Positions 12,804 to 22,662 of a DNA stretch of 64,000 nucleotides are shown one piece after another (the first letter of the stretch is position 1; every line of letters starts with the position of its first letter). Source of the stretch: Candidatus Marinacidobacterales bacterium (GTDB lineage Bacteria; Acidobacteriota; Vicinamibacteria; Marinacidobacterales; DATDRI01). The DNA is taken from NCBI GenBank assembly GCA_965197825.1, contig CBDANW010000002.1, positions 1,146,551 to 1,210,550 on the forward strand, in the 5' to 3' direction. Both the position numbers and the translations under genes were made by a program. The notes beneath the pieces were generated by a model. That model was not told the origin of the DNA, ran no database searches, and saw only the letters and a list, made by a program, of their open reading frames with translations.

Positions 12804-14585
12804 ATGAGCGCCAAGAAATTCGACCTTGCCCTGGCCATCGGAGGAGCGGCCGGACAGGGAATCGCCACCCCTGGCAATATTCTCGCGCGCACCTTCGTGC
12901 GTCGCGGGCTGCACTTGAACGCCTACAACGCCTACCAGTCCATCATCCGCGGCGGGCACATCTTTCTCACCGTGCGGGTCAGCAACCAAGAGATTCACTC
13001 ACATGGGGACAAGCTCGACCTGCTGCTGGCTTTGAACCAGGACACGATGGATCGGCATCTGGGATTGATGGGAGCAGGGTCTCGGGTCATCTTTAATAGC
13101 GACACCATCAAGCCGGGAAAGGTGACGGAAGGGGCCGAGCTTTGCCCGATGCCCATCAAGGAGCTTAGCAACGAAAGCCGCAACAAACTCGTTCAGAACA
13201 CGGTGGCCCTCGGAATCTCCATGTTCTTGTTCGGCTTGGATTTCGAAGTCTTGGAAGAGGCCCTTACCCTTCAGTTCCAGAGAAAAGGCCAGGACATGGT
13301 CGACGAGAACGTCAGCGTGGCCCGGGCTGGTTTCGAACATGCGAAGGCGAACTTCAAACCCTTCTCTCAACTTCTTCCGGAGGGCAAGAAACCGCTGGCC
13401 GTATGGACGGGCAACGAGGCTCTTGCCATGGGAGGCGCCGCGGCGGGGGTCAAGTTCTACTGCGCCTATCCGATGAGCCCCTCGACCGGTGTTCTCCACT
13501 GGATGGCCGCCAACGCTCGCGACCTCGGTATCATGGTGCGCCAGGTGGAAGACGAGATCGGCGTCGCCAATATGGCCATCGGCGCCGCTCATACCGGGGC
13601 CCGCGCCATGTGCGCGACTTCCGGTGGCGGCTTTGCTCTCATGACCGAGGCGATTGGCATGGCCGGGATGATGGAAGTGCCCGTCGTCTTCATCAACGTA
13701 CAGCGCGCCGGACCGTCCACTGGCGTCCCCACCAAGACCGAGCAAGGGGACCTGTGGCAGGTGCTGGGCGCCAGTCAAGGCGATTTCGAACGCTTCATCG
13801 TCGCTCCGAAGAACGCCCTGGATGCGTTCAATACCATCCCAGAAATCTTCAATCTCGCCGACAAGGCTCAGTGCCCGGGCATCGTTATCTCCGATCTGTT
13901 GATTTCTGAAGGTACATTCAGCGCCGATCCCGACACAATCAACATGCATCCCAAGATCGATCGCGGAGAGTTGATCACCAAGCCTACCAACGAGGACCAC
14001 TACAAACGATACGAGTACACCGAAAGCGGCGTGTCCCCGAGGGCTGTTCCTGGGCTCAAAGGCTACGTCCACGTCGTTGCCTCGGACGAGCACGATGCAG
14101 ATGGGGTCTTGATCAGCGACGAGTTCACCAACCCCCACAAGCGGCGAAAGATGGTCGAGAAGCGTGCGCGCAAACTCGCGAAGGCCCTGAACGACATCGC
14201 CGCTCCCGAGATCGAGGGCCCCAAAGATGCGGACGTAACGCTCATCGGTTGGGGCTCCACGCATGGAGTCATCAAGGAGGCGGTGGCGCAGCTCGAGGAA
14301 AAGGGCGTCACCGCAAATCAGCTATCCATCAAATGGCTCGTTCCTTTCCATACGGATGCGGTCAACAAGATCCTTTCCGGTGCGAAGAAGACGATCATTG
14401 TCGAGAACAATCACTCTGGACAGTTTGCCCGCTACCTGCGAAGCGAGACAGGTTTCAGCGCCGATGGGCATATTCGTAAGTACGACGGAGAACCGTTCAT
14501 GCCGCACCACATCGTCGAGGGCGTCCAGGAGCAACTAGATGGAAAGACAGACCACTACGTTCCTTTTCAAGAGGTCATGGTCTAA
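12804..14585 (+). CDS. 2-oxoacid:ferredoxin (acceptor) oxidoreductase alpha subunit (fused gamma+alpha, KorA-type)
   Basis: N-terminal PorC/gamma-like domain (GAAGQGI) followed by the pyrimidine-binding alpha domain; 593 aa. Immediately followed by a TPP-binding beta subunit. Confidence 0.9.
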   Translation: MSAKKFDLALAIGGAAGQGIATPGNILARTFVRRGLHLNAYNAYQSIIRGGHIFLTVRVSNQEIHSHGDKLDLLLALNQDTMDRHLGLMGAGSRVIFNSDTIKPGKVTEGAELCPMPIKELSNESRNKLVQNTVALGISMFLFGLDFEVLEEALTLQFQRKGQDMVDENVSVARAGFEHAKANFKPFSQLLPEGKKPLAVWTGNEALAMGGAAAGVKFYCAYPMSPSTGVLHWMAANARDLGIMVRQVEDEIGVANMAIGAAHTGARAMCATSGGGFALMTEAIGMAGMMEVPVVFINVQRAGPSTGVPTKTEQGDLWQVLGASQGDFERFIVAPKNALDAFNTIPEIFNLADKAQCPGIVISDLLISEGTFSADPDTINMHPKIDRGELITKPTNEDHYKRYEYTESGVSPRAVPGLKGYVHVVASDEHDADGVLISDEFTNPHKRRKMVEKRARKLAKALNDIAAPEIEGPKDADVTLIGWGSTHGVIKEAVAQLEEKGVTANQLSIKWLVPFHTDAVNKILSGAKKTIIVENNHSGQFARYLRSETGFSADGHIRKYDGEPFMPHHIVEGVQEQLDGKTDHYVPFQEVMV

Positions 14586-14600
14586 GGGAGGAGAAAAAGC

Positions 14601-15491
14601 ATGTCTACCGCAACCACCATCGTTGAGCTGAAACCGAAAGACTTCAAGGGGAAAGTCGATCCGGACTGGTGTCCGGGGTGCGGTGACTTCAGTGTTCTCA
14701 GCGGCCTTCAGAAGGTCTGCGCCGAGCTCGGCCTGCAGCCGCACGAAATCGTGACCGTCAGCGGCATCGGCTGCTCGTCCAACTTCCCGGGATACTTCAA
14801 CGCCTACGGAATGCATACCCTCCATGGGCGGGCGCTCGCCGTGAGCACCGGCGTCAAGATGGCCAATCACGAGCTGACCGTGATCGCCACCGGCGGTGAC
14901 GGTGACGGTTACGGGATCGGCGGCAACCACTTCGTGCACACCGCGCGCCGCAACGTGGACATCACCTACTTGGTGATGAACAACCAGATTTATGGACTGA
15001 CCACCGGGCAGGTCTCTCCGAGCAGCAGCATCGGCATGAAGACCAAGAGCACGCCCTACGGTAACGTGGAGATGCCGGTGAACCCGATCACCTCGGCCAT
15101 CATGAACGGTGCGAGTTTCGTAGCTCGCGGATACAGCGGCGATGCGAAGCACTTGCAGGAGCTCATGAAGAAGGCCATCCAGCACAAGGGTTTTTCGCTC
15201 ATCGACATCTTCAGCCCGTGCGTTACGTTCAACCACGACAACACTTACGCCTTCTTCCGGCCACGGGTGAAGAAACTCGAGGACGAAGGGCACGATCCCA
15301 GCGATTGGAAAGCCGCCTGCGAAAAGGGCCTCATTTGGGGCGATGAGATTTACATCGGGCTTTTCCTCGAAGTGGACCGGCCGTCTCTCGATCAGCTCGA
15401 GCCGGTGCTGGACACAGGGGAACCGATTGCCCATCGCGCCCCCGCTCTGAAAAAGGAACAGTCTCAGAAGATCCTGAAGAAAATGATGTAG
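14601..15491 (+). CDS. 2-oxoacid:ferredoxin oxidoreductase beta subunit (TPP-binding, KorB-type)
   Basis: GCGDFSVL...GIGCSS and GGDGDGYGIGGNHFVHTARRNVDITYLVMNNQIYGLTTGQ thiamine-diphosphate motifs. RBS GGGAGGAG lies upstream. Confidence 0.9.
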   Translation: MSTATTIVELKPKDFKGKVDPDWCPGCGDFSVLSGLQKVCAELGLQPHEIVTVSGIGCSSNFPGYFNAYGMHTLHGRALAVSTGVKMANHELTVIATGGDGDGYGIGGNHFVHTARRNVDITYLVMNNQIYGLTTGQVSPSSSIGMKTKSTPYGNVEMPVNPITSAIMNGASFVARGYSGDAKHLQELMKKAIQHKGFSLIDIFSPCVTFNHDNTYAFFRPRVKKLEDEGHDPSDWKAACEKGLIWGDEIYIGLFLEVDRPSLDQLEPVLDTGEPIAHRAPALKKEQSQKILKKMM

Positions 15492-15781
15492 GCCGATAGC
15501 CTTCTCTCGTTGTCCGAAGCTCCGTCGTGCCGGCGAGCCATTCGATTGGCATCGCTCGCGACTCCAGCCTGAGCCCAGCCACGAATCGGGCACCCGATGG
15601 GACCGTATCTGCCGACGCGGCGGTCCTCGCGGAGGTTTGACCGGTCCCGGACAAACCGGTAGCATGGCGTCACCCCGCCGACCGAAAAGGACAGGCATAC
15701 ACCATCTTCTGGTGTGGACGAAACGGAAGGGCTGGCTTTCCCAGGACAAGTACCCGGAGATCCATCGCCACTTCGAGGTCG

Positions 15782-16357
15782 GTGACTTCTCTCCGACGAG
15801 CCCGCTTCCCGATGCCGGGGCTCTATTGGTCGTCGACGAGGACTTGCTTCGCGAGCACCCCGAAGAACTCCAGCAGGCTGGAGGCCGAGCTTCGACGAAA
15901 GATGGCCGAGGTCGACGAGGCACTGGAGGAAATTCTCGCTCGAAACCAGCCGACGGTGACTCACGTCGAGGGCTTCGAGAAGATCGGAGGTCTTCAGTTT
16001 CCGGACCTGCAAGGAGAGCCGCGTCCCTATCTCGAGCCCCGCGAGCTCGAGGCGCTCATCATTCCTCGCGGCACCCTGACTCGCGAAGAGCGCGAAGCCA
16101 TACAACGGCACGTACAGCACACGTTCAATTTCCTCTACGAGATCGAGTGGACACGCGACTTACAAAAAATCCCCAAGATCGCCCGGAGCCACCACGAAAA
16201 GCTCGACGGAAGTGGCTACCGTTACGGGCTCTCTGGCGATGAGATCCCTCCTCAGACTCGGATGATGACCATTGCCGATATCTTCGACGCGCTCGCTGCC
16301 CGGGACCGCCCGTACAAGAAGGCGGTGCCGCCGGAAAAGGCCCTCGATATCCTGTGA
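15782..16357 (+). pseudogene. C-terminal fragment of an HD-GYP phosphodiesterase domain
   Basis: HHEKLDGSGYRYGLSGDEIPPQTRMMTIADIFDALAARDRPYKKAVPPEKALDIL is the C-terminal half of HD-GYP (GYR variant of GYP). The N-terminal HD motif and any receiver domain are missing. The upstream region is in another frame (15637-16242). The fragment ends about 25 bp before the IS30 boundary. Confidence 0.6.
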
Positions 16358-17400
16358 CTTCAAGTTTGAAGCGCACCATTCGTTAGAGCCCATGGAAACG
16401 TTCCTCCGGTGTGCGGTAGCCGAGTCTCTTGCGGGGCCGTGAGTTGAGCTTGTTTGCGATACGATCGCAGTCGCGTTGCGTGAGCGCTGCTTGGCTGGTG
16501 CGCTTCGGCAGGTATTGTCGTAGCAGGCCATTGAAGTTCTCGTTGCTGCCTCTCTCCCATGAGTGATAGGGAGTTGCGAAGTAGAACTTGACGCCGGTCG
16601 CTTCCTCGACGGATTCGTAGTCGTGGAACTCCGTACCATTGTCCGCGGTGATCGTCTTGACCTGCTCCGGCACCCGCCGGAGCAACATCTTCGTTCGCTG
16701 ACTAGTGCTGAACATGGTGCGGTCGGACAGCTTGCCGATCAGCGCATAGCCCGTCTTTCGTTCCACGAGCGTGGTTACGCAGTCCGGCGCGCCTTTTCCT
16801 ACCACGGTGTCGATCTCCCAGTGGCCAACGGCACTGCGCTTGTCGACACAAGGCGGCCGCTCGGAGATATGACGCTTCCCGGCCAGGTGGCCTCGGCTGT
16901 CATAGCTGTTGTGGCGCTTGCGTCTAAGTTTGGGTGAGCATCGAAGGTGGCGGTATAGATGTCCTCCGGCCTCCTTGTCCCGCCAGACGTGGGTGTAGAT
17001 CGTCTCGTGGCTGATCGAGAGCTCGCCGTGAAGGCGCAGGTGGCCGGAGATCTGCTCTGGGCTCCAGTCAGCCTTAAGCTTCTTCTCCACTAGGGCAAAG
17101 TCGGCCTTTGTGAAGTACTGGTTCCGGCGAGACCGCGATCGTCGTCCGTTCGTTTTCTCGATGGCCTTGCTCGGCCGGTAGCATCCATCACTACGTGAGC
17201 TGTTCCTCCTGACCTCTCTCGAGATTGTGCTCCGGTGGCGCCCCAGGCGCCGCGCAATCTCGGCCGAGCAAAATCCCTCCCGTCGCAGCGCCGCGATGGT
17301 GTATCGTTCTTCCAAGGTGATCTGGTAATAAGTCATTAGCGAGTCCCCATTCTTGGTTGTTTGAGGAATCGTGGCACATTCCAGGTCACCTCATCCGGGA
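16358..17400 (-). mobile_element. IS30-family insertion sequence (boundaries approximate)
   Basis: Contains an intact IS30-type transposase gene. The stop lies about 25 bp from the left boundary as usual for IS30. Terminal IRs were not resolved by eye. Confidence 0.7.
16383..17336 (-). CDS. IS30-family transposase
   Basis: N-terminal HTH (ITLEERYTIAALRREGFCSAEIARRLGRHRSTISREVRRN), DDE core with GHWEIDTV, TADNGTEF and PYHSWERGSNENFNGLLRQYLPKRT. Confidence 0.9.
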   Translation of the reverse strand: MTYYQITLEERYTIAALRREGFCSAEIARRLGRHRSTISREVRRNSSRSDGCYRPSKAIEKTNGRRSRSRRNQYFTKADFALVEKKLKADWSPEQISGHLRLHGELSISHETIYTHVWRDKEAGGHLYRHLRCSPKLRRKRHNSYDSRGHLAGKRHISERPPCVDKRSAVGHWEIDTVVGKGAPDCVTTLVERKTGYALIGKLSDRTMFSTSQRTKMLLRRVPEQVKTITADNGTEFHDYESVEEATGVKFYFATPYHSWERGSNENFNGLLRQYLPKRTSQAALTQRDCDRIANKLNSRPRKRLGYRTPEERFHGL

Positions 17401-17766
17401 GCTGTGTTGCACTTACTTTATGAATTCGGGATGACAAACAGGACGCGAACGCCGGACTGGTCGACACCGATCTGCTGGATCTGTTCATCGAGGCCAAGGT
17501 TTTCGAGCTGTCCCTGAAGTGACGTCTGGCTCGTTCGATAGCAGCAACCACGCCGAATGACGTCAGACATGGTGCACGGACACGTCTGGCTCGGTGGATA
17601 GCGGCAACCGGCGTCTGACGCGGCCCAATGGCAGCAACCGAGTCCATTGACGCCCCACATGACACGCAACATGCCGATTGGCCCCCTATTCAACCGATCC
17701 AATTCGACATTGGATGGGCCTTGACAGGCTTGACAGGCCAAATCTAAGTGGATATAACTTATTGGC

Positions 17767-19271
17767 ATGGGCCAATCGGGCAATCTCCACCTTGCCCTGG
17801 ATCGCGGCTCGGACGTGCCGCTCTACGAACAGGTCCGTTCGCATATCGCCAGCCTCGTTACGAGCGGTGAGCTCGCCTCCGGGACCCGCCTGCCAGCGAC
17901 ACGCGACTTGGCCCGTGATCTGAGCGTAAACCGAGCCACCATCGCGAGCGCCTATGAAAGCTTGGCGACTGATGGTCTGGTTCGCTCTCATGTGGGCCAA
18001 GGAACGTTCGTCCTGGAAGCAGAGCCGCATCGCGCGTCGACGCCGTTGTGGCCGCTTTCTCGAGCGATGGAGGCGGCGAGCCGACAGCTTCTTCCTACGA
18101 CGCCACCGACCGAACACCCGGACCCGATCGACTTCGCCTCGCTCATCCCTGACGAAGAGCTCTTCCCGGTCGAACCCTTCCGAAAGACCATCGACACCGT
18201 CCTGCGGCAGCGAGGCAAGGAGCTGCTCCAATACGGGACGGTCGCCGGCTACCCGCCTCTCCGCCAGTACATCGCCGAGTGGCTTGGCGAGCGAAACGTG
18301 GAAGCCACCGCCGAGCACGTCCTCATCGTCAACGGCTCGCAGCAGGGGTTGGATCTGGTGTTCCGCACTCTAGTGAATTCGGGAGACAGCGTGGCGGTGG
18401 AGAGTCCGACGTATACTGTCGTTCTACCGGTCCTCGCCTATTACCAGGCCCGCGCGATCGGCATCCCCATGACCGACCGCGGCATGGATCTCGAGGCCCT
18501 CGAATCGGCCCTGGCCCGCGGCTCGGTGCGACTCATCTACACGATGCCCACGTTTCACAACCCCACGGCTTGACGATGGATCTCGAAACGAGACAGTCGC
18601 TTCTTCGGTTGGCGGGTCGTCACGAAGTGCCCATCATCGAGGACGACTTCGACTCCGAGCTTCGTTTCCACGGACAGGCCCTGCCTCCCATCAAAGCACT
18701 CGACATCGAGGGCATCGTGCTCTACCTGGGAACCTTCTCCAAAGGACTCTTCCCCGGCCTGCGCTTGGGATGGATCGTGGCACCGCCCGAGCTGATTCGG
18801 ACACTGAGTCGAGCAAAAATGTTTACCGATTACCACACGAGCCCGCTTCTTCAAGCAGCCGTCTTGGAGTTTTGTGAGCACGGACACTACCAGGAACACC
18901 TGAAGCACCTGGCGCGCGTGAACCGAGAGAAGAGCCGGATCTTGGTGCGAGCCTTGACTCGCCATTTCCAGAGCGAAGTTTCCTGGACCGAGCCGGAAGG
19001 AGGCTACGCTTTCTGGATCGCTCTTCCGGAACGCCTTTCCAGCGAGCACCTACTCTCGCAGGGAGCACGAGAAGGCGTTCTGTTCACGCCCGGCAGTCAG
19101 TTCTTCACTGGCGACGAGGGGGATCGCTTCTTACGACTGTCCATCTCGCGCGTGCCCACGGACAAGATCGAAGAGGGCGTTCGGCGACTGGCGAGACTCA
19201 TCGAGCGGCAGATGGCCCAGGAGCCCGGACACCCTTTGCAGACGCCGGGTGAGCTGATGTTTCATATCTAA
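17767..19271 (+). pseudogene. MocR/GabR/PdxR-family regulator (GntR HTH + class-I aminotransferase-like domain), frameshifted
   Basis: GntR-type wHTH (LYEQVRSHIASLVTSGELASGTRLPATRDLARDLSVNRATIASAY) then a PLP fold. Frame 1 stops at TFHNPTA* (18573). The continuation GLTMDLETRQSLL...GTFSKGL (Lys of PLP site) runs in the next frame (18279-19271 ORF). One missing G in acgg(g)cttgacg explains the shift. It lies directly upstream of pdxS-pdxT, so it is likely a PdxR-like regulator. Confidence 0.7.
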
Positions 19272-20165
19272 ATGGAGGAAAAGACGATGCCCAGTGAACT
19301 CAGACTGAAAACCGGTCTCGCCGACATGCTCAAGGGCGGCGCAATCATGGACGTCACTAACGCAGAACAAGCCAAGATTGCTGAGGAGGCCGGCGCCGTT
19401 TCGGTAATGGCCTTGGAGCGGGTTCCCTCGGACATCCGCAAAGAAGGGGGCATCGCGCGCATGGCGTCGCCGGCCAAGATTCGCGAGATCATGGAGACCG
19501 TGAGCATCCCAGTTATGGCCAAGGTACGCATCGGCCATTTCGTGGAGGCTCAGATTCTCGAGACGCTGGGCGTCGACTTCATCGACGAGAGCGAAGTGCT
19601 GACGCCGGCCGACGAGGAAAACCACATCGACAAGCAGGCGTTCCAGGTCCCCTTCGTCTGCGGTTGCCGCGACCTGGGCGAGGCCCTGCGTCGCATTGGC
19701 GAGGGGGCGGCACTCATTCGCACCAAGGGCGAAGCGGGTTCCGGCAACATCGTCGAAGCCGTGCGTCACCTCCGCCAAGTAAACCGTAAGATCCGGCGCC
19801 TCACCGTCATGGATGCAGAAGAGCACATGGCGGAAGCCAAGCGACTCGGTGCACCCTACGAGCTCGTCCGGTGGGTTGCGAAGAACGGGAAGCTACCGGT
19901 CCCCAATTTCGCGGCGGGAGGCGTTGCGACTCCGGCCGATGCGGCGCTTTGCATGCAGTTGGGGGCGGAGACCGTCTTCGTCGGCTCGGGAGTTTTCAAG
20001 TCCGAAGACCCGGCGAAGCGGGCCGTGGCCATCGTCAAGGCCGTGACTCACTACAACGAGCCAAAGATTCTAGCCGAGATCTCGCAAGAGCTTGGCGAGC
20101 CGATGAAGGGTCTGGACGTGGCCCGCATGGATCCCAAGGATCTCTTGCAGACGCGCGGCTGGTAA
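19272..20165 (+). CDS. pdxS: Pyridoxal 5'-phosphate synthase lyase subunit PdxS
   Basis: [41 protein letters not shown]... is canonical PdxS/Pdx1, 297 aa. Confidence 0.95.
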   Translation: MEEKTMPSELRLKTGLADMLKGGAIMDVTNAEQAKIAEEAGAVSVMALERVPSDIRKEGGIARMASPAKIREIMETVSIPVMAKVRIGHFVEAQILETLGVDFIDESEVLTPADEENHIDKQAFQVPFVCGCRDLGEALRRIGEGAALIRTKGEAGSGNIVEAVRHLRQVNRKIRRLTVMDAEEHMAEAKRLGAPYELVRWVAKNGKLPVPNFAAGGVATPADAALCMQLGAETVFVGSGVFKSEDPAKRAVAIVKAVTHYNEPKILAEISQELGEPMKGLDVARMDPKDLLQTRGW

Positions 20166-20195
20166 CCCGCCTTCGCTAGTGAAATCCACTGTAGC

Positions 20196-20260
20196 TACGG
20201 CGGGCAGGCCCGTTGTCGCCAATGAGATCTACTATAGCTACGGCGGGCAGGCCCAGCGCA
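20196..20260. repeat. Two direct copies of a 20-bp motif (tagctacggcgggcaggccc) in the pdxS-pdxT intergenic spacer; a related copy is at about 36207
   Basis: ctgtagctacggcgggcaggccc at about 20196 and ctatagctacggcgggcaggccc at about 20235. ggctacggcgggcaacctgcc occurs upstream of the TLC-HEAT gene. Confidence 0.5.
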
Positions 20261-20266
20261 TAGATT

Positions 20267-20872
20267 ATGAGACCTGAACCTAAAGTCGGGATCCTTGCCG
20301 TCCAAGGAGACTACGCGGAGCATCGGCACGTCCTGGACGAACTCGAAATCGAGACGCGTCTGGTGAAGCACGCCGGCGAGCTCGAGGGTCTGGCGGGCCT
20401 CATCCTTCCCGGTGGCGAAAGCACGACCATGCTCAAGTTCGTGGTCGGCGAGTCCTTGATGGAGCCGATCCGGCAATTCCACGAAAAAGGGGGCGCACTC
20501 TTCGGGACCTGCGCCGGGGCGATCTTGCTCGCAAGGGAGACCAGTTCGCCGAAACAGGAGTCGCTCGGCCTCATGGACATCTCGATCGAAAGAAACGGCT
20601 ACGGACGACAGCTCGAAAGCCACATTGCTCGCGAGGCCTGCCCCGCTCTCGGAGAGCCCCCCGTCGAGATGGTGTTCATTCGCGCACCGGTGGTCCATCG
20701 GGTTGGCCCGGGCGTCGAAGTCCTGGCCTATCACCGCCAAGATCCCGTCTTAGTAAGACAAGGACGGATCATGGCTACCACGTTTCATCCAGAATTGTCT
20801 ACTGACCCTCGCGTGCACTCATTTTTTGTGCATCAGGTCATGCGATCCGAATCCGCCTTCAGTCGTTTGTAA
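20267..20872 (+). CDS. pdxT: Pyridoxal 5'-phosphate synthase glutaminase subunit PdxT
   Basis: Class-I glutamine amidotransferase with LILPGGESTTM and GTCAGAILLA (catalytic Cys); 201 aa. Confidence 0.95.
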   Translation: MRPEPKVGILAVQGDYAEHRHVLDELEIETRLVKHAGELEGLAGLILPGGESTTMLKFVVGESLMEPIRQFHEKGGALFGTCAGAILLARETSSPKQESLGLMDISIERNGYGRQLESHIAREACPALGEPPVEMVFIRAPVVHRVGPGVEVLAYHRQDPVLVRQGRIMATTFHPELSTDPRVHSFFVHQVMRSESAFSRL

Positions 20873-21155
20873 AGAATCACCGGGTTGTCCCCGCTCGTTC
20901 AGGAAACCCTATCGCATTTCCTCGAGAACCCGGTTCCGTTTCGAGTGATGGGCTCCGCGGATCCTTCGATCCACGAGGCGGTTCGTCAGGGGGATTTCGA
21001 CCGGCGACTCTTCCACCAGCTGTCGGCGGTGCGCACCCCCATACCACCTTTGCGAGCGAGGCGGGGGGACATCCCGGCGCTGGCGGGGCACTTCTTGAAG
21101 CGTTGCTACGATCGGTTCCACCTCAAACCGCTAGGGGTCCCTTCGCACACCATCG
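20873..21155 (+). pseudogene. Sigma-54-dependent activator remnant, part 1 (end of the AAA+ sigma54-interaction domain), 5'-truncated and interrupted by IS256
   Basis: In-frame, immediately after the pdxT TAA: LSPLVQETLSHFLENPVPFRVMGSADPSIHEAVRQGDFDRRLFHQLSAVRTPIPPLRARRGDIPALAGHFLKRCYDRFHLKPLGVPS. This matches NtrC-family motifs (GxFRxDLxYRLnv..IxLPPLReRxeDIplLaxHFL). Receiver and Walker-A parts are absent. Confidence 0.65.
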
Positions 21156-21186
21156 GGTGATGTCTTAAGATCCCTGTCAAAGAATA

Positions 21187-22662
21187 ATGATGTATGGTTC
21201 CCCGAACTCAAAACCGTCTCCGTCATTTGGGACAGAAAAGGAGAACCATACATCATGGGGAAGGTACTACCGAGTCAACGATTACTCAAGCAGTTCAAGG
21301 AACGACTGGTATTCGGGGAAGATGAATCTCTCGGAGATCGTCCGTTCGGGAGCGCAGATGATGCTTCAGTACGCGCTGGAGCGAGAGGTGACGGAGGCGT
21401 TGGGTCGAAGCTACTACGAGAACGCGCCGGAGATGACGAAGGAGAAGGAGAAGGAGAAGGAGAAGGAGAAGGAGAAGGAGAAGGAGAAGGAGAAGGAGAA
21501 GGAGAAGGAGAAGGAGAAGGAGAAGGAGAAGGAGAAGGAGAAGGAGAAGGAGAAGGAGAAGGAGAAGGAGAAGGAGAAGGAGAAGGAGAAGGAGAAGGAG
21601 AAGGGACGTCGCAACGGGTACGAGTCGCATCGGGTTCTCACCGGCGAGGGTCCGGTGACGGTACAAGTACCGCAGGTTCGAGAGACAGAGACGGGGTTTC
21701 AGTCGAAGATACTGGATGCGTACGTGAGCCGGACGGAGAAACTCGACGAGTTGATCGCGCGAATGTACGTGCACGGGATGTCGACGCGAGACATCGAGGC
21801 GACGTTCGCGGACGTGTTGAGCGGGACGGGGGTGTCGAAGTCAGTGGTGAGCCGCGTGACGCAGTGCTTGTCGGAGGATTTCGAGACCTTTCGTCAGCGG
21901 GAGCTCTCGAAGGAGGAGCTGGTGTATCTGGAGCTCGACGGGATCTACCTACGCTACCACCAGGGAGCGGATAAGAAAGAACCGATTCTGGTCGCCACGG
22001 GCTATCGTGTTGATGGGACGCGGATTCTGCTTCACATCGGTGTCGGTAATCGAGAATCCTACGAGAACTGGAAAGGATTCTTGCAAGAGATGGTGGCCCG
22101 GGGACTGAGAGAACCGTTGCTCATCGTGACCGACGGGAATCCGGGAGTGCTGAAGGCGATGGAGGAAGTCTTCCCTCGAAGCATGAAGCAACGCTGCCAG
22201 AAACATCGGCTGGAGAACATCCTGGGCAAGGCCCCGAAGGAAGTCCGCGCCGAGCTCAAGGCAGCCATCCTCGAGTCGTTCCATGCGCCGAGCTACGAGC
22301 AAGGGCTGAACAAGGGCCGGGAGGTGATTGCTCGGTACCGCCAACGATTTCCGAGCGCGATGAAGTGCATGGAGGAGACCCTCGAAGCCTGTCTTCAGGC
22401 ACTACGACTTCCTCCGTCGCATCACAAGCGGCTTCGAACCGCGAACCTGCTCGAGCGCACCTTCGGAGAGCACAGACGTCGGACGAAAGTGATTCCTCAC
22501 TTCTTCACCGAGGAGGCCGCCATGAAGCTCAGCTACGCCGTCCTCCTGGCCGTCGCGAATAAATGGCGCAGAGTAAGGATGGATGTCTTCACGGCCAGGA
22601 AAGTCGAGGAGCTTCGGAACAAGCTCCTCCCACAACTCACGTCCAAGGAGTCAGCAGCCTAA
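21187..22662 (+). CDS. IS256-family transposase (copy C1) carrying an in-frame (KE)n expansion and an N-terminal +1 frameshift relative to copy C2
   Basis: Conserved IS256 core (MYVHGMSTRDIEATFADVL...YLELDGIYLRYHQ...LHIGVGNRESYENWKGFLQEMVARGL...IVTDGNPGVLKAM...CQKHRLENIL...RTANLLERTFGEHRRRTKV). It has an extra A in ggggaagatg (about 21316) versus copy C2. The likely functional start is MNLSEIV at 21322. Confidence 0.85.
   Translation: MMYGSPNSKPSPSFGTEKENHTSWGRYYRVNDYSSSSRNDWYSGKMNLSEIVRSGAQMMLQYALEREVTEALGRSYYENAPEMTKEKEKEKEKEKEKEKEKEKEKEKEKEKEKEKEKEKEKEKEKEKEKEKEKEKEKEKGRRNGYESHRVLTGEGPVTVQVPQVRETETGFQSKILDAYVSRTEKLDELIARMYVHGMSTRDIEATFADVLSGTGVSKSVVSRVTQCLSEDFETFRQRELSKEELVYLELDGIYLRYHQGADKKEPILVATGYRVDGTRILLHIGVGNRESYENWKGFLQEMVARGLREPLLIVTDGNPGVLKAMEEVFPRSMKQRCQKHRLENILGKAPKEVRAELKAAILESFHAPSYEQGLNKGREVIARYRQRFPSAMKCMEETLEACLQALRLPPSHHKRLRTANLLERTFGEHRRRTKVIPHFFTEEAAMKLSYAVLLAVANKWRRVRMDVFTARKVEELRNKLLPQLTSKESAA
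21438..21603 (+). repeat. (GAGAAG)n hexanucleotide microsatellite, about 27 units, encoding (EK)n inside the transposase
   Basis: Perfect ggagaa/gagaag tandem run. The homologous site in copy C2 (about 58330) carries one to two units (TTKEKGRR). Confidence 0.95.

Noticed and set aside
12392-13096. 234-aa ORF called in the track
   Set aside because: Only about 30 residues (the HTH_8 motif) look real. The remainder is low-complexity read-through that overlaps the korA start.
21427-21603. Possible CRISPR-like or other functional repeat array, also considered for 56880..57160
   Set aside because: Units are 6 bp and 15 bp perfect tandem repeats without spacers, both inside coding frames. They are micro- or minisatellites, not CRISPR.
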